From the NCBI GenBank assembly GCA_002699125.1, contig PABI01000032.1, forward strand, positions 15,588 to 79,587: DNA of 64,000 nucleotides, written 5' to 3'. This document shows, in pieces, positions 18,318 to 27,935 of the stretch; the first letter of the stretch is position 1, and each line of letters opens with the position of its first letter. The translations under genes were made by a program, and so were the position numbers. Origin of the DNA: Anaerolineaceae bacterium. GTDB taxonomy: Bacteria; Chloroflexota; Anaerolineae; Promineifilales; Promineifilaceae. The notes beneath the pieces are model-generated. The model was not told the origin of the DNA. It saw only the letters and a list, made by a program, of their open reading frames with translations, and did no database searches.

Positions 18318-21053
18318 ATGAGAAAGCGTATCAAAACATCGTGGCCCTGGCTGGGCTTTTTGCTGCTAATTGGTCTTTTCTTAGCCCCGGCGCTGCTGCC
18401 GGGCAAGGTGCTGCTGCCGCTGGATGTGGTGGTGCAGGTGTGGCCGCCGTGGCAGCAGCCCAACCAGCTGGTTGACGTTCACAATCCCCTGATCACCGAC
18501 GTGGTCGATTACATTTTTCCGGTCAAAGCGTTTGTGGCGGAGCAGGTGAAGCAGGGCACGCTGCCGCTGTGGAACCCTTACGTGCTGGGCGGCTATCCGC
18601 TGACGTACAACACCCAGGCCGGACTGTTTTATCCGCTATCCATTTTTTATTACCTGCTACCGGCGGCGACGGCCGTTGACGGCGTCATCTTTGCCCAACT
18701 GTTTTTGGGGGCGGCGTTTATGTTTGCCTTCTTGCGCCAGCTGCGGCTGCGCGCCGTGGCGGCCTGGGTGGGCACGGCCGTTTTCCTGTTCAACGGCATG
18801 ATGATTGTTTGGCTGGAGTGGCAGGTAGTTCATGCGGCCGTTATCTGGCTGCCGCTCCAGTTGTTATTTATCGAGCGAATCGCCCAGAAGTGGGAAAAAT
18901 CGCCTGAGCAACTGCAAGCGTTCTGGCCAACGGCACTGGAGGCTGTGGGCGCGGGCGTTGCCTTTGCCATTCCCTGGCTGGGCGGGCATTGGAACTGGGC
19001 GCTGTATGGTAGCATGACGGCCGTTTTGTATTTGCTGTGGCGTTGGCGGCCGCTGTGGTGGACGGCCGTTCGCCACAGAAAACTGGGGCAGGGTAGGGTG
19101 CTGGGGGGAACGGCCGTCTTTGTCTTAGGTCTGGGCGTGGCGCTGAGCCTCATTCAGGTGCTGCCCGCCTTTAACTATTTGCTGCGCGGCCACCGGGATG
19201 CGTTCACGTTTAGCGAGTCGCTCAGCCTGGGACTTAAATCTTCGGCCGTGGTGGCGCTGGTGCCGGACTTTTTTGGCAATCCCATCGACAATAACTGGTG
19301 GGGACAGACTAATTACAACGAGATGACGTTTTACGTGGGGCTGCTGCCGCTGTTTTTGGCGGTGACGGCCGTTTGGCTGCGGCGGGATCGGAACACCGGT
19401 TTTTTTGTAGTTTGGGGTGGAGTTGGCCTGCTGTGGGCGTTAGGGACGCCTGCCTATGGCTTGCTGTACGTGCTGCCGGTGTTTAATGGACTCTGGCCCA
19501 GCCGGGCGATGACCGTGCTGCTGTTTTGCCTGTCCGTTTTGAGCGCGATCGGTTTAGATGCGATGCTGGCGGCTGGGGTGAATTGGCGGACGGTGTGGCG
19601 AACGGCCGTTGCCGCGGCCGTGGTGTTCCTGGGTGTTGTGGCTGGATTTATCTGGTGGTATCGGCCAGAATGGACCGTTTTGCAACCTGAACTGATTTGG
19701 TTTGGACTATCTTTGCTCGTTTGTGTGCTGCTGCTGTGGCTGGGGCCAAATCGGCTGCGTCCGACGGGTTTTGCGGCACTGGTGGCTGGCTGGATTGTGC
19801 TGGAACTGTTTTGGCTGGGACACGATTACAACACGGTGGGTGATGTGGCCGATTTGTACCCGATGACGGAAACGGCCGAGTTCCTGCACAACGATCCTGA
19901 AAAATTTCGTATAACCACTTTGCCCGAAGGTGTGGCCTATCCGCCAAACACGGCTTTACAGGCCCGCCTGCAAAACATGAGCGGCTACGAACCGGCCATC
20001 TTGCAAAATGTGGTGAATTACGTGCAGGCGGCCGAGGGGGGCGACGCGATCTATTTTGAGCGCGAGCTGATGCCGCTGCGCGGGCTGGAGTCGCCGCTGA
20101 TTGACGCGCTTAACGTTAAATACGTGGTCACAATTAGCGATTGGTACCAGGACCAATCGGTGTTGGGTCAGGCAGGGGAAGATGTGGTGCAATGGCTGCC
20201 GCTGGCGGAAGATGCACCGTTGTCGCAGCCGTTCAGCGTGCCTGATGCCGGGCTGCATCGCCTGGATGTGCCGCTGCAATTTTCGGCCGATGCAGCCGGT
20301 GTGGTGACCGTGCGTGTCTTGTCGGCCGACGGTCGGCAGGAATTTGCCCATGCGGATTGGCCGGTTGGCCAGCCGCTGGCCGATGGCTGGGCCAGCTTTT
20401 TCTTTGGCGCATTTCCCTCGGAGTGGGGGCGGGATTTTTTGCTGACGGTGTCGTTTGCGGGAACGGGTCAGGCTGAAATTGGCGGCAGCGCCGCTGGCCT
20501 GGCTTTTCGCAGCTACTATTTGCCACGCCCGCAATTGGTGCATGAGAGCGGCAAAACGCGCATCTACCTGAATGATGGCTTTTTCCCGCGGGCGTACGTG
20601 GTGCCCAAAGCCATCCCGGCAGCAAATGAAGCGGAGGCGTTGGCTCTGGTGCAGCAGCAGGCGGATGCCTTAGCAGAGTTGGTGGTGTTGGAGTCTGTTG
20701 GCCAGGAAGAGCCACCGCAATGGGAAACGACCGTTTCATCCATCAGCAATGTCACCATCACCCAGTATGAGTTGAACCAGGTGGTGCTCGATGTGGCACT
20801 GGATGATGCCAGCTTTGTGGTCCTGGCCGATACGTATTATCCGGGCTGGCGGGCCACCATTGACGGTGAAGAAACGCCGGTATACCGGGCCAACAGCGTG
20901 GTGCGGGCAGTGTATGTTCCGGCAGGCAAGCATTCGGTTACGTTTTCTTTTCTGCCCAATGATTTTGTGTGGGGTACGGCCGTTTCCGGTCTGGCACTGC
21001 TGCTGGCGATGATCGTTGCTGGCTGGGGGTGGGTGAGAAACCGCCGACGATGA
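18318..21053 (+). CDS. YfhO-family GT-C membrane protein
   Basis: Start moved to ATG 18318 (MRKRIKTSWPWLGFLLL). The YfhO-like N-terminal region (LLPLDVV...WNPYVLGGYPL) and the C-terminus LADTYYPGWRATIDGEETPVYRANSVVRAVYVPAGKHSVTFSF are characteristic of the family. Confidence 0.85.
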   Translation: MRKRIKTSWPWLGFLLLIGLFLAPALLPGKVLLPLDVVVQVWPPWQQPNQLVDVHNPLITDVVDYIFPVKAFVAEQVKQGTLPLWNPYVLGGYPLTYNTQAGLFYPLSIFYYLLPAATAVDGVIFAQLFLGAAFMFAFLRQLRLRAVAAWVGTAVFLFNGMMIVWLEWQVVHAAVIWLPLQLLFIERIAQKWEKSPEQLQAFWPTALEAVGAGVAFAIPWLGGHWNWALYGSMTAVLYLLWRWRPLWWTAVRHRKLGQGRVLGGTAVFVLGLGVALSLIQVLPAFNYLLRGHRDAFTFSESLSLGLKSSAVVALVPDFFGNPIDNNWWGQTNYNEMTFYVGLLPLFLAVTAVWLRRDRNTGFFVVWGGVGLLWALGTPAYGLLYVLPVFNGLWPSRAMTVLLFCLSVLSAIGLDAMLAAGVNWRTVWRTAVAAAVVFLGVVAGFIWWYRPEWTVLQPELIWFGLSLLVCVLLLWLGPNRLRPTGFAALVAGWIVLELFWLGHDYNTVGDVADLYPMTETAEFLHNDPEKFRITTLPEGVAYPPNTALQARLQNMSGYEPAILQNVVNYVQAAEGGDAIYFERELMPLRGLESPLIDALNVKYVVTISDWYQDQSVLGQAGEDVVQWLPLAEDAPLSQPFSVPDAGLHRLDVPLQFSADAAGVVTVRVLSADGRQEFAHADWPVGQPLADGWASFFFGAFPSEWGRDFLLTVSFAGTGQAEIGGSAAGLAFRSYYLPRPQLVHESGKTRIYLNDGFFPRAYVVPKAIPAANEAEALALVQQQADALAELVVLESVGQEEPPQWETTVSSISNVTITQYELNQVVLDVALDDASFVVLADTYYPGWRATIDGEETPVYRANSVVRAVYVPAGKHSVTFSFLPNDFVWGTAVSGLALLLAMIVAGWGWVRNRRR

Positions 21054-23197
21054 ACGAAAAGCGCTGGCTGTGGCTGATTTTGGCGGTTTACGCTGCGTTG
21101 GGGATGGCGTATTCCTGGGTGGTGCCGTTGGGTGAATCGCCCGATGAAGTGGACCATTTTTTGTATGTGCGTTACCTGATCGAGCAGCGCGAATTTCCCG
21201 TTATGCAGCCCGTCGCGGCGGACAACGAGACGATGGAGGCCAACCAGCTGCCGCTTTTCTATTTGCTCAACGCCGTGATCACCGCGCCGTTCCCCATGAC
21301 AGCTTCGGCCGATTTACCCCGCAATGCCTGCTTTACGTTTGATCCAAACGACGGCGGTCGCGCCCATTTTTACCTGCACAAAGCAGCCGAGCACAATCCA
21401 TTTGCGCCTGACTATATGGCGTTTCGCGTAGCCAGACTGCTGTCTGTGGCTTTGGGTGCCGTGACGGTGTGGCTGGCGTACCGCCTGGGACGGCGGCTGG
21501 CTCCGGCTGACAAACGGGTGGGGCTGCTGGCGGCAGGCATCTTGGCGTTTAATCCCCAGTTTATTTTTATGATGGCCAGCGTGAACAATGATGTGTTAAC
21601 GGCCGTTTTCGGTGCGGCCCTGGTTTATTTTTCGGTTACGGCGGCGCAAACTCCTTCATTGAGGCGTTTTATTGGCCTCGGTGTGTTGGTGGGGTTGGGG
21701 CTGTTGACCAAGTTTGCTCTGCTGGCTTTTTGGCCGCTGCCGCTGCTGGCCGTTTTGTTGAACGTGGGCAACGGCCGTATCAAGCAAACGTTGCAAAACG
21801 GAACGGCCGTCATCGGCTTGCCCGTGCTGATTGCTGGCTGGTGGTATGTTCGTGCTTTCCGGCTGTATGGCGATCCATTGGCCTGGGAGGTGCATTTGCA
21901 GGCCAAGGGGTCGGAAGTGCTGCGCACCGCGGGGCTGACGCTGGCCGATTTGGGCGAGTTTGTGGTGATTCACTTTCAATCGTACTGGGCCTGGTTTGGC
22001 TGGCTGAAAATTCAGCCGGCGGATTGGGTATATGCTCTGCTGGCAATGTTTGTACTTTTGGCCGTCGGAGGATTTCTCCTGGTGCTGCGCGAAGGTTATA
22101 CTCAGCGTGGGGCAGCCAAAGTGGCCAATCTTCTCGGATTTATTCGTGAGCGTGCGGTGATAACGGCCGTACTGTTCAACATCCTGGCCACTGCCGCTAT
22201 CTACGCTTCCCTGCTGCGCTACATCCAAACGATCAATTGGTCCGGCTACCAGGGGCGGTTGGCCTACGCGGCGGCCGCACCGATGGCTGCGCTGTTGGCG
22301 CTGGGCTGGTGGCGTTTGACCCGATTTTGGCGGCAAAAAGCATTCGGCAGCTTGCCGGTGGTGGGCTTGTTGCTGTTGGCTGTGGCCAGTTTGGTGCAGC
22401 TTGGTGGTGCGTTTGCCCGACCGGCACTTTACATGCCACCGGTCCATTGGGATCGCGTTTGCCAGATGACATCCGCCAGATTTTTTGTGGAAGCGGTTGA
22501 TTTTCCACCAACGGTAGCGCCAGGCGATTCTGTGCGGGTGTCGTTGGGTGGTTACGGGCGGGATGGAGGAACAGCCACAGGCGAAATAGCATTGCTGGAT
22601 TGGGAGGGTGGTTTGCTGGATACGGCCGTACTCAACCTGTCCTGGCCCGCCGCAGCACCAATTTCAGACACGGTGCAGCTTACCGTACCGCCCGATGTTT
22701 TGCCCATGCGGGCGCGACTGGCTTACTTCTTTAACGATGACACGGTGGCGCTCGGTTATCTTAAAGTTGCTGCGGGGGAAACGGCCGTGCCCCAACCCAC
22801 AAGTACAGTCAGCGCCAACTTCGGCGATCAGATAATGTTAATCGGCTACGATTTACAAACGGAAGCTGACAGCATTCGCCTCACAACGTACTGGCAGGCG
22901 TTGCGGCCCATCGTCGAAGATTTCACCATTTTTGTTCATTTGCTGGATGAGGCAGGGAATCTGATTGCCCAACAAGATGCCCAGCCACAGGGTGGCCGCT
23001 ATCCCACCTCAATTTGGCACGTGGGGGAAGTGGTAGTAGATGAGCGGCTTATAAAGAGTGATGCGGCGGAAACGGCCGTATCACTCTCTGTAGGGCTTTA
23101 TATGCCGGAGAATGGACAAAGAGTCCCCCTTACTGCGGAAGGGCAGCCGCCTGGTGATGCGCTGCGGCTGCCCCTGCTTTACGAAAGTGAACCCTGA
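21050..23197 (+). CDS. DUF2142-like GT-C membrane protein with shared C-terminal domain
   Basis: ATG at 21050 overlaps the upstream stop (ATGA). PLGESPDEVDHFLYVRYL loop motif. Polytopic. Shared C-terminal domain at 22811-23194. Confidence 0.8.
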   Translation: MNEKRWLWLILAVYAALGMAYSWVVPLGESPDEVDHFLYVRYLIEQREFPVMQPVAADNETMEANQLPLFYLLNAVITAPFPMTASADLPRNACFTFDPNDGGRAHFYLHKAAEHNPFAPDYMAFRVARLLSVALGAVTVWLAYRLGRRLAPADKRVGLLAAGILAFNPQFIFMMASVNNDVLTAVFGAALVYFSVTAAQTPSLRRFIGLGVLVGLGLLTKFALLAFWPLPLLAVLLNVGNGRIKQTLQNGTAVIGLPVLIAGWWYVRAFRLYGDPLAWEVHLQAKGSEVLRTAGLTLADLGEFVVIHFQSYWAWFGWLKIQPADWVYALLAMFVLLAVGGFLLVLREGYTQRGAAKVANLLGFIRERAVITAVLFNILATAAIYASLLRYIQTINWSGYQGRLAYAAAAPMAALLALGWWRLTRFWRQKAFGSLPVVGLLLLAVASLVQLGGAFARPALYMPPVHWDRVCQMTSARFFVEAVDFPPTVAPGDSVRVSLGGYGRDGGTATGEIALLDWEGGLLDTAVLNLSWPAAAPISDTVQLTVPPDVLPMRARLAYFFNDDTVALGYLKVAAGETAVPQPTSTVSANFGDQIMLIGYDLQTEADSIRLTTYWQALRPIVEDFTIFVHLLDEAGNLIAQQDAQPQGGRYPTSIWHVGEVVVDERLIKSDAAETAVSLSVGLYMPENGQRVPLTAEGQPPGDALRLPLLYESEP

Positions 23198-23202
23198 CCG
23201 GG

Positions 23203-24447
23203 TTAACGCAAAACTGTTACCGTCGCGACAAACTCGTCACAGATCGCATTACATCGATCTAAATCGTCGCATTCAATGTGCCAGGTACGGTTGGCCACAA
23301 ATACGTCATGTGTCTGGGAATTTACGGCAATGGCGTATGGTTGGCGGCCGGCGGGTTGGGTGCTTATAACAGATCCATTTTGCAAAATTGTCACCGTGTT
23401 GCTGTCGTGGTTGCCTACGTAAGCATATCCGGTGGTAGGGTCTACGGTAACTGGTGTAGGCGCTTCACCAACTGGCAGCGTCGCTACCACGTTCCGCCCG
23501 GATAGAACGGTTACTGAGTTGTCCTTTCGGTTTGTGGCGTAAGCCAGGTGGTGAATGGGGTCAGTGGCTACGTCTAAAGAGCGAACGGCCGTAAAATGAG
23601 GCGTGACGGTATAGTCATCTCGATGAAATACTGAAATGTTTTGCGGGTATGTTGTGCTGGGATTGGAATGGGCCAGGTAGAAATAGCCGCTTGTAGGTTC
23701 CAGGCTGATCTCCATCGTGCCCCACCCTGCCTGAAACTGCGTTACCAGCGTCGTGCCATCAATAACATACACGATGCCATTTTCCCAACTGGGAGCATAT
23801 ACCAGCCCGGTAAGTGGGTCAACCTCGATTGAGCGCACCCAGCCGGCACCGGCCAGATGCACGTCAACGATTTCCGGGTTGGGGCCGGTCCCTTTGATCA
23901 CCCGCACCGTGCTGTCAAGATCGGTGACGTAGATGTACTCATTGACCGGGTTGTAAATGATGTCATGAGGTTCAAAATGATCCGGCAGCCGGTCTACCAG
24001 CGCTGCTTGGTCAAATATGGTAATTTGCTCTACCCCCTGCGTATCTGTCAAATGGGTGATGTATGTGCGATTGCTGTTAGGAATGGAAACGATGTCGGTA
24101 GGCAACTTGCCAATTTGCACATTACCCACAAAGTTATCCTGGAAGATCATGCTAACGTTATTACTGTAGCTGTTAGCTACGTAAACATAGCCGCTTTGCT
24201 CATTGACGCCGATGTCGTTAGGGCAGTAAGCGCCGGGTAGTTCGATGTTATTGGCGAAGACGGGAGGTAGCGGGGTCGGTGTAGGCACAATGTGCATAAT
24301 GGCCGGTAGGTAAGTAAATTCATCTGCTTCGGAGCTTTTTACCATTGTTGTGTTAGACACCAGCATGAGGCCGAAGGCAACGGCCGTCAGGAGGGCAAAC
24401 CCCGCAATGGTCAGACGGTTTTGCCTTGTTTTCTTATTTTTTAACAT
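23203..24447 (-). CDS. YVTN-family beta-propeller repeat protein, membrane-anchored or secreted
   Basis: N-terminal anchor LTIAGFALLTAVAFGLML. Repeated Y(V/A)(T/A/G)N...N(S/T)V(S/T)(V/I/M)(I/L) units: YVANSYSNNVSMI, YVTDLDSTVRVI, YATNRKDNSVTVL, YVGNHDSNTVTIL. Confidence 0.8.
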   Translation of the reverse strand: MLKNKKTRQNRLTIAGFALLTAVAFGLMLVSNTTMVKSSEADEFTYLPAIMHIVPTPTPLPPVFANNIELPGAYCPNDIGVNEQSGYVYVANSYSNNVSMIFQDNFVGNVQIGKLPTDIVSIPNSNRTYITHLTDTQGVEQITIFDQAALVDRLPDHFEPHDIIYNPVNEYIYVTDLDSTVRVIKGTGPNPEIVDVHLAGAGWVRSIEVDPLTGLVYAPSWENGIVYVIDGTTLVTQFQAGWGTMEISLEPTSGYFYLAHSNPSTTYPQNISVFHRDDYTVTPHFTAVRSLDVATDPIHHLAYATNRKDNSVTVLSGRNVVATLPVGEAPTPVTVDPTTGYAYVGNHDSNTVTILQNGSVISTQPAGRQPYAIAVNSQTHDVFVANRTWHIECDDLDRCNAICDEFVATVTVLR

Positions 24448-24681
24448 TAAGTAATTACCTCGTTATTGGCTTGGGTTAGTAATTTTGAAACAGAAAAGTC
24501 CCCGGTTGCGCAGGTAGGGATACATCTCTGCAAACGACCTTGGGACAGAATGGCTCGAAGTATAGCAAAAGCTTTTTACTTTCAAAATTTGGCAATGTTG
24601 TTGTGCAATGCCAAGCTGCCTTATCATTATGACTGCAAACAAACAGCACAAATTAACATAACATTTAGTCGGCAACGGCCG

Positions 24682-24711
24682 TTGGACGCACCATCTAAAG
24701 CAAGATAAGAT
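24682..24711 (+). promoter_or_regulatory. Candidate promoter positioned for a near-leaderless mRNA
   Basis: TTGGAC (24682-24687), 18 nt, TAAGAT (24706-24711). The ATG at 24722 is 10 nt past the -10. No SD. Confidence 0.3.
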
Positions 24712-24721
24712 ACCTTCCGAT

Positions 24722-27004
24722 ATGTTGAGGAATGATGAAATGGCGCATTCAGATTCGGAAATTCAGCGGGAAACAGCTTGCTCTGAACCTGCCGAAGGAG
24801 CCGTTGCCCCAGAGCCAAATCTGGTCTCTCTGATCATTCCTACCCGCAACGAATCGCAAAACGTGGTTCCGCTACTGAAACGGCTGGCAGCCGCCCTGGC
24901 GGCAGACGGCGACGAGCACGCCATCGAGGTCTTGTTTGTCGATGACAGCACGGATGATACACTTGAGGTGATCACCCAGGCGGCGGCTGATTTTCCTTTT
25001 GATGTGCGCGTCATTGCCCGCCCGCCGGAACGTCGTAACGGCTTGAGCGGAGCTGTGGTGGAAGGGTTCAGCGCAGCGCAGGGCACCTGGCTGTGCGTGA
25101 TGGATGCCGATTTGCAGCACCCGCCGGAGCTGGTGCCGGTGCTGCTGGCCCGCGCCGTGGCGGCTCGGGCCGACATTGTGGTGGGCAGCCGCAAATGTGA
25201 CGTGTTTGGTCCGCTGGGGTTGAGCCGCAAGCGGGCCATGACGTCCCAACTGCTCACGCTGCTGGCCCGCGCCTGGTTTCCCCGGCTGCTGCGTAATGTT
25301 TCGGACCCGTTGACGGGGCTGTTTTTGGTGCGGCGGGCGGCGGTGGATACGGCCGTTCTGCGGCCCAACGGTTTCAAAATATTGCTGGAAATCTTGATCC
25401 GCTGCCCCGGCCTGCGCGTTTCGGAAATTCATTTCGATTTTGCCAGCCGACACGAAGGGGAGAGCAAAGCTGACTTCCAGGAGGGGATGAACTTTTTCCG
25501 TCATTTGCTGCGGCTGCGGCTGACGGCCAACCAATCGTTCCCCCGGTTGGTGTTGGTGGCGTTGGTGAGTTTGGTGCTGGATCCGGCCGTGTTCACCGCC
25601 GGCCAGCAGTTCCTGAGCTGGCCTTATCTACTCACCGCGTTTGCGGCTGCCCAACTAATCATCTTGCTGCGTTTTTACCTGACGGAAAAATGGGTGCTCG
25701 GCGGCGGGCATCCGGTGCCGGGCTGGCCCAGCCTGCGCCGCTTTTGGATCACCAACCAGCTTTCATTGCTTTTGCTGCGCCTGCCCTTGCTGTTGCTGTT
25801 TATTTCTGCCTGGCGCTGGTCGTCAATGGGGGCCATTGTGCTGGCGATTCTGGTGGAAAGTGTGGGTCGCTATGTGGTGTCTGAGCAGTGGGTTTTTTCG
25901 CGCCGGGGCATCACCATGTGGCAGCCCGGCATCTACCGCTACGATATTCACGGCATTCTGCGCCTGGAATCGCAAACGCCGCTGCCGGAACTGGCCCATT
26001 TTGCCACGGCCGAACCGCTGCCCCAGGTTGATATTCAAATTCGCATCGACCGTTTTGGTACACCCACGCCGCAGCCGGGCGCCATTACCTACAGCGAACG
26101 GCTGAGCCGCTTTGGCTTTGGGTCGGCCGTTATGCCCGGCACCGATTTTATCGAAATTGTGATCTCGCCCCTCCTGGCCACGGCGCCGTTTGCTTTGTAC
26201 AAAAGCGTTTTGGAGCCGGTGCTGCGTTGGGCCTTTGTGCAGCGTGGCTATGCCCTGGTTTATGGCGCAGCAATGGCCCGGCAGGGCGAGGCCGCGCTTA
26301 TTGTGCCCGAAAGGGATGAGGGCAAAACTGAGGCTGTTTTGCAGGCAATACGCCAGGCTGACTATGCGTTTATGGCCGATGACTTTGTGATTTTGGCGAG
26401 CGACGGCCGTCTCTACAACTTCCCTAAACCAGTGACGGTAACCAGCTCGGTGCTGCGCGCCGTGGGCAGCGGGCAGTCGCGGCAAGTATGGGAGCGATTT
26501 AAACTTTGGCTGCAAAATTTGCTTTATTTGCGGTTGGGGCGAAAAGTAGGTTTGCAGCTCAGCCGGCGTGGCTGGCCTGTGGCGACACTGAACATCATCT
26601 GGCAGCGGCTGTGGCTGCCGCCCAAACGTCCCATTGAGGACGTGCAGCCGGGCGTGGCTTTGGTGGATACGGCCGTACTCAAAGAAGTTGTCCTGCTGGT
26701 TGAGGCTGCCCAATCAAGCGCCCCGCTGCCAGCCGCGCAAGTGGTTCAATTTGTGCAGCGCCGCCAGCAGGCCGTACAGGGCTTTCCGCCATATGATTTG
26801 CTGCTGGAGCAGCTGGAACACGCCGCCAAAGCTGGTTGGCAAGAAAAAGAACAATCCATCATTGCCCAGGCACTGCAAGCCTGCCCGGGCTGGACTCTGG
26901 GAAAGCAGGACAAGTGGCCGCAGAAAGGACAATCAAATGTCATACCCGCAAAGGCGGGTATCCATCTATTTGACCAGAGTGGATTCCTGCCTTCGCAGGA
27001 ATGA
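24722..27004 (+). CDS. Three-module protein: GT2 (Dpm1/GtrB-like polyprenyl-phosphate sugar synthase), GtrA-like TM module, and a C-terminal HprK-like/unknown domain
   Basis: GT2 motifs: LIIPTRNESQNV, VLFVDDSTDDT, VMDADLQHPPE. GtrA-like motifs: LLRFYLTEKWVLG and RYVVSEQWVFSRR. The C-terminal region GYALVYGAAMARQGEAALIVPERDEGKTEAVL...FMADDFVIL resembles HprK C-terminal-like kinases with a degenerate P-loop. The last ~22 codons and the stop lie inside repeat element 26939-27005. Confidence 0.8.
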   Translation: MLRNDEMAHSDSEIQRETACSEPAEGAVAPEPNLVSLIIPTRNESQNVVPLLKRLAAALAADGDEHAIEVLFVDDSTDDTLEVITQAAADFPFDVRVIARPPERRNGLSGAVVEGFSAAQGTWLCVMDADLQHPPELVPVLLARAVAARADIVVGSRKCDVFGPLGLSRKRAMTSQLLTLLARAWFPRLLRNVSDPLTGLFLVRRAAVDTAVLRPNGFKILLEILIRCPGLRVSEIHFDFASRHEGESKADFQEGMNFFRHLLRLRLTANQSFPRLVLVALVSLVLDPAVFTAGQQFLSWPYLLTAFAAAQLIILLRFYLTEKWVLGGGHPVPGWPSLRRFWITNQLSLLLLRLPLLLLFISAWRWSSMGAIVLAILVESVGRYVVSEQWVFSRRGITMWQPGIYRYDIHGILRLESQTPLPELAHFATAEPLPQVDIQIRIDRFGTPTPQPGAITYSERLSRFGFGSAVMPGTDFIEIVISPLLATAPFALYKSVLEPVLRWAFVQRGYALVYGAAMARQGEAALIVPERDEGKTEAVLQAIRQADYAFMADDFVILASDGRLYNFPKPVTVTSSVLRAVGSGQSRQVWERFKLWLQNLLYLRLGRKVGLQLSRRGWPVATLNIIWQRLWLPPKRPIEDVQPGVALVDTAVLKEVVLLVEAAQSSAPLPAAQVVQFVQRRQQAVQGFPPYDLLLEQLEHAAKAGWQEKEQSIIAQALQACPGWTLGKQDKWPQKGQSNVIPAKAGIHLFDQSGFLPSQE

Positions 27005-27005
27005 C
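26939..27005. repeat. GTCAT...ATCC palindromic element, two inverted arms
   Basis: Arm 1 is GTCATACCCGCAAAGGCGGGTATCCA (26939-26964). The reverse complement of arm 2 (26980-27005) is GTCATTCCTGCGAAGGCAGGAATCCA. The arm differences are pairwise compensatory within each arm's hairpin. Confidence 0.75.
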
Positions 27006-27079
27006 AATTAGGTTTTATAACCTATTCCCAGAACGACCTGAATAATTGTCCAGGATAGATTGAATGAGAATTTTTAAAC

Positions 27080-27865
27080 ATGAGTGAGAAGAAAAAGAAC
27101 GTTATTGTTGTGATGCCGGCCTACAATGCGGCGCAAACATTGGTAGACACCTACCGCAGCATCCCTGCCGACTGCGTGGACCAGGTCATTTTGGTGGATG
27201 ACGGCAGCATTGATGATACGGCCGCAGTTGCTCAGGAGCTGGACCTGGATTTGATTATCCATCCGCACAATGCCGGGTATGGCATGAACCAGAAAACGTG
27301 CTACATGGAAGCCCTGCGGTTGGATGCCGAAATTGTCATCATGCTCCATCCAGATGGCCAATATGATCCCAAAATTATCCCGGAAATGATTGCCGCTATT
27401 CGTGAGGGAAAGGGAGATTTTGTTATGGGTTCCCGCTTTATCCCGCCGGAAGGTGCTCTGGCCGGCGGGATGCCGCGCTACAAATATCTGGCCAATCGCT
27501 TTCTGACCGGCGTAGAAAATTTTGTGATGGGTACCAACCTGTCTGAGTGCCACACGGGGTACCGGGCCTACAGCCGCCAACTGCTGGAAACAGTCCCTTT
27601 TTTGCGCAATTCCAACGACTTTGCCTTTGATACGGAGATGATTTTTCAGGCCAATTATTTTGGCTTTCGTTTTGCCGAGGTGCCGGTGAGTACCAAATAT
27701 TTCAATGAAGCATCATCCATTAGCTTTACCGCCAGCAGCGTTTACGGGTTAAAAACGCTGTGGGTGGCCGGTCGTTATTTGCTGCACCGCCTAAAAATCT
27801 GGCGGTTTGACCTGTTCAAGCCCACGCACCGGGGCAAGCCGGAAGCGCACAAGCTTGCCGGATAG
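27080..27865 (+). CDS. Family 2 glycosyltransferase (polyprenyl-phosphate sugar synthase-like)
   Basis: VIVVMPAYNAAQTL and VILVDDGSIDDT motifs, with a 261-aa length typical of Dpm1/GtrB-like soluble GT2 enzymes. Confidence 0.85.
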   Translation: MSEKKKNVIVVMPAYNAAQTLVDTYRSIPADCVDQVILVDDGSIDDTAAVAQELDLDLIIHPHNAGYGMNQKTCYMEALRLDAEIVIMLHPDGQYDPKIIPEMIAAIREGKGDFVMGSRFIPPEGALAGGMPRYKYLANRFLTGVENFVMGTNLSECHTGYRAYSRQLLETVPFLRNSNDFAFDTEMIFQANYFGFRFAEVPVSTKYFNEASSISFTASSVYGLKTLWVAGRYLLHRLKIWRFDLFKPTHRGKPEAHKLAG

Positions 27866-27878
27866 TTACAGCGTGGAG

Positions 27879-27924
27879 CGTGATGCCTGAAATGTGATTT
27901 TCTCACGCATCACGTTTTACGTTT
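27879..27924 (+). terminator. Rho-independent terminator
   Basis: Stem CGTGATGC (27879-27886) / GCATCACG (27907-27914), followed by TTTTACGTTT. It overlaps the upstream GTG start proposed by the ORF track for the next gene. Confidence 0.5.
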
Positions 27925-27935
27925 CAAGAACCCCC

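Noticed and set aside
25823-26713. 296-aa minus-strand ORF, one of several long antisense ORFs nested in the GT2 fusion gene (also 24763-25377 and 24872-25534).
   Set aside because: It is fully nested antisense to a CDS with strong family motifs. The translation is Arg/Gln/His/Pro-rich low complexity, typical of open antisense frames in GC-rich DNA. There are no recognisable motifs or start context.
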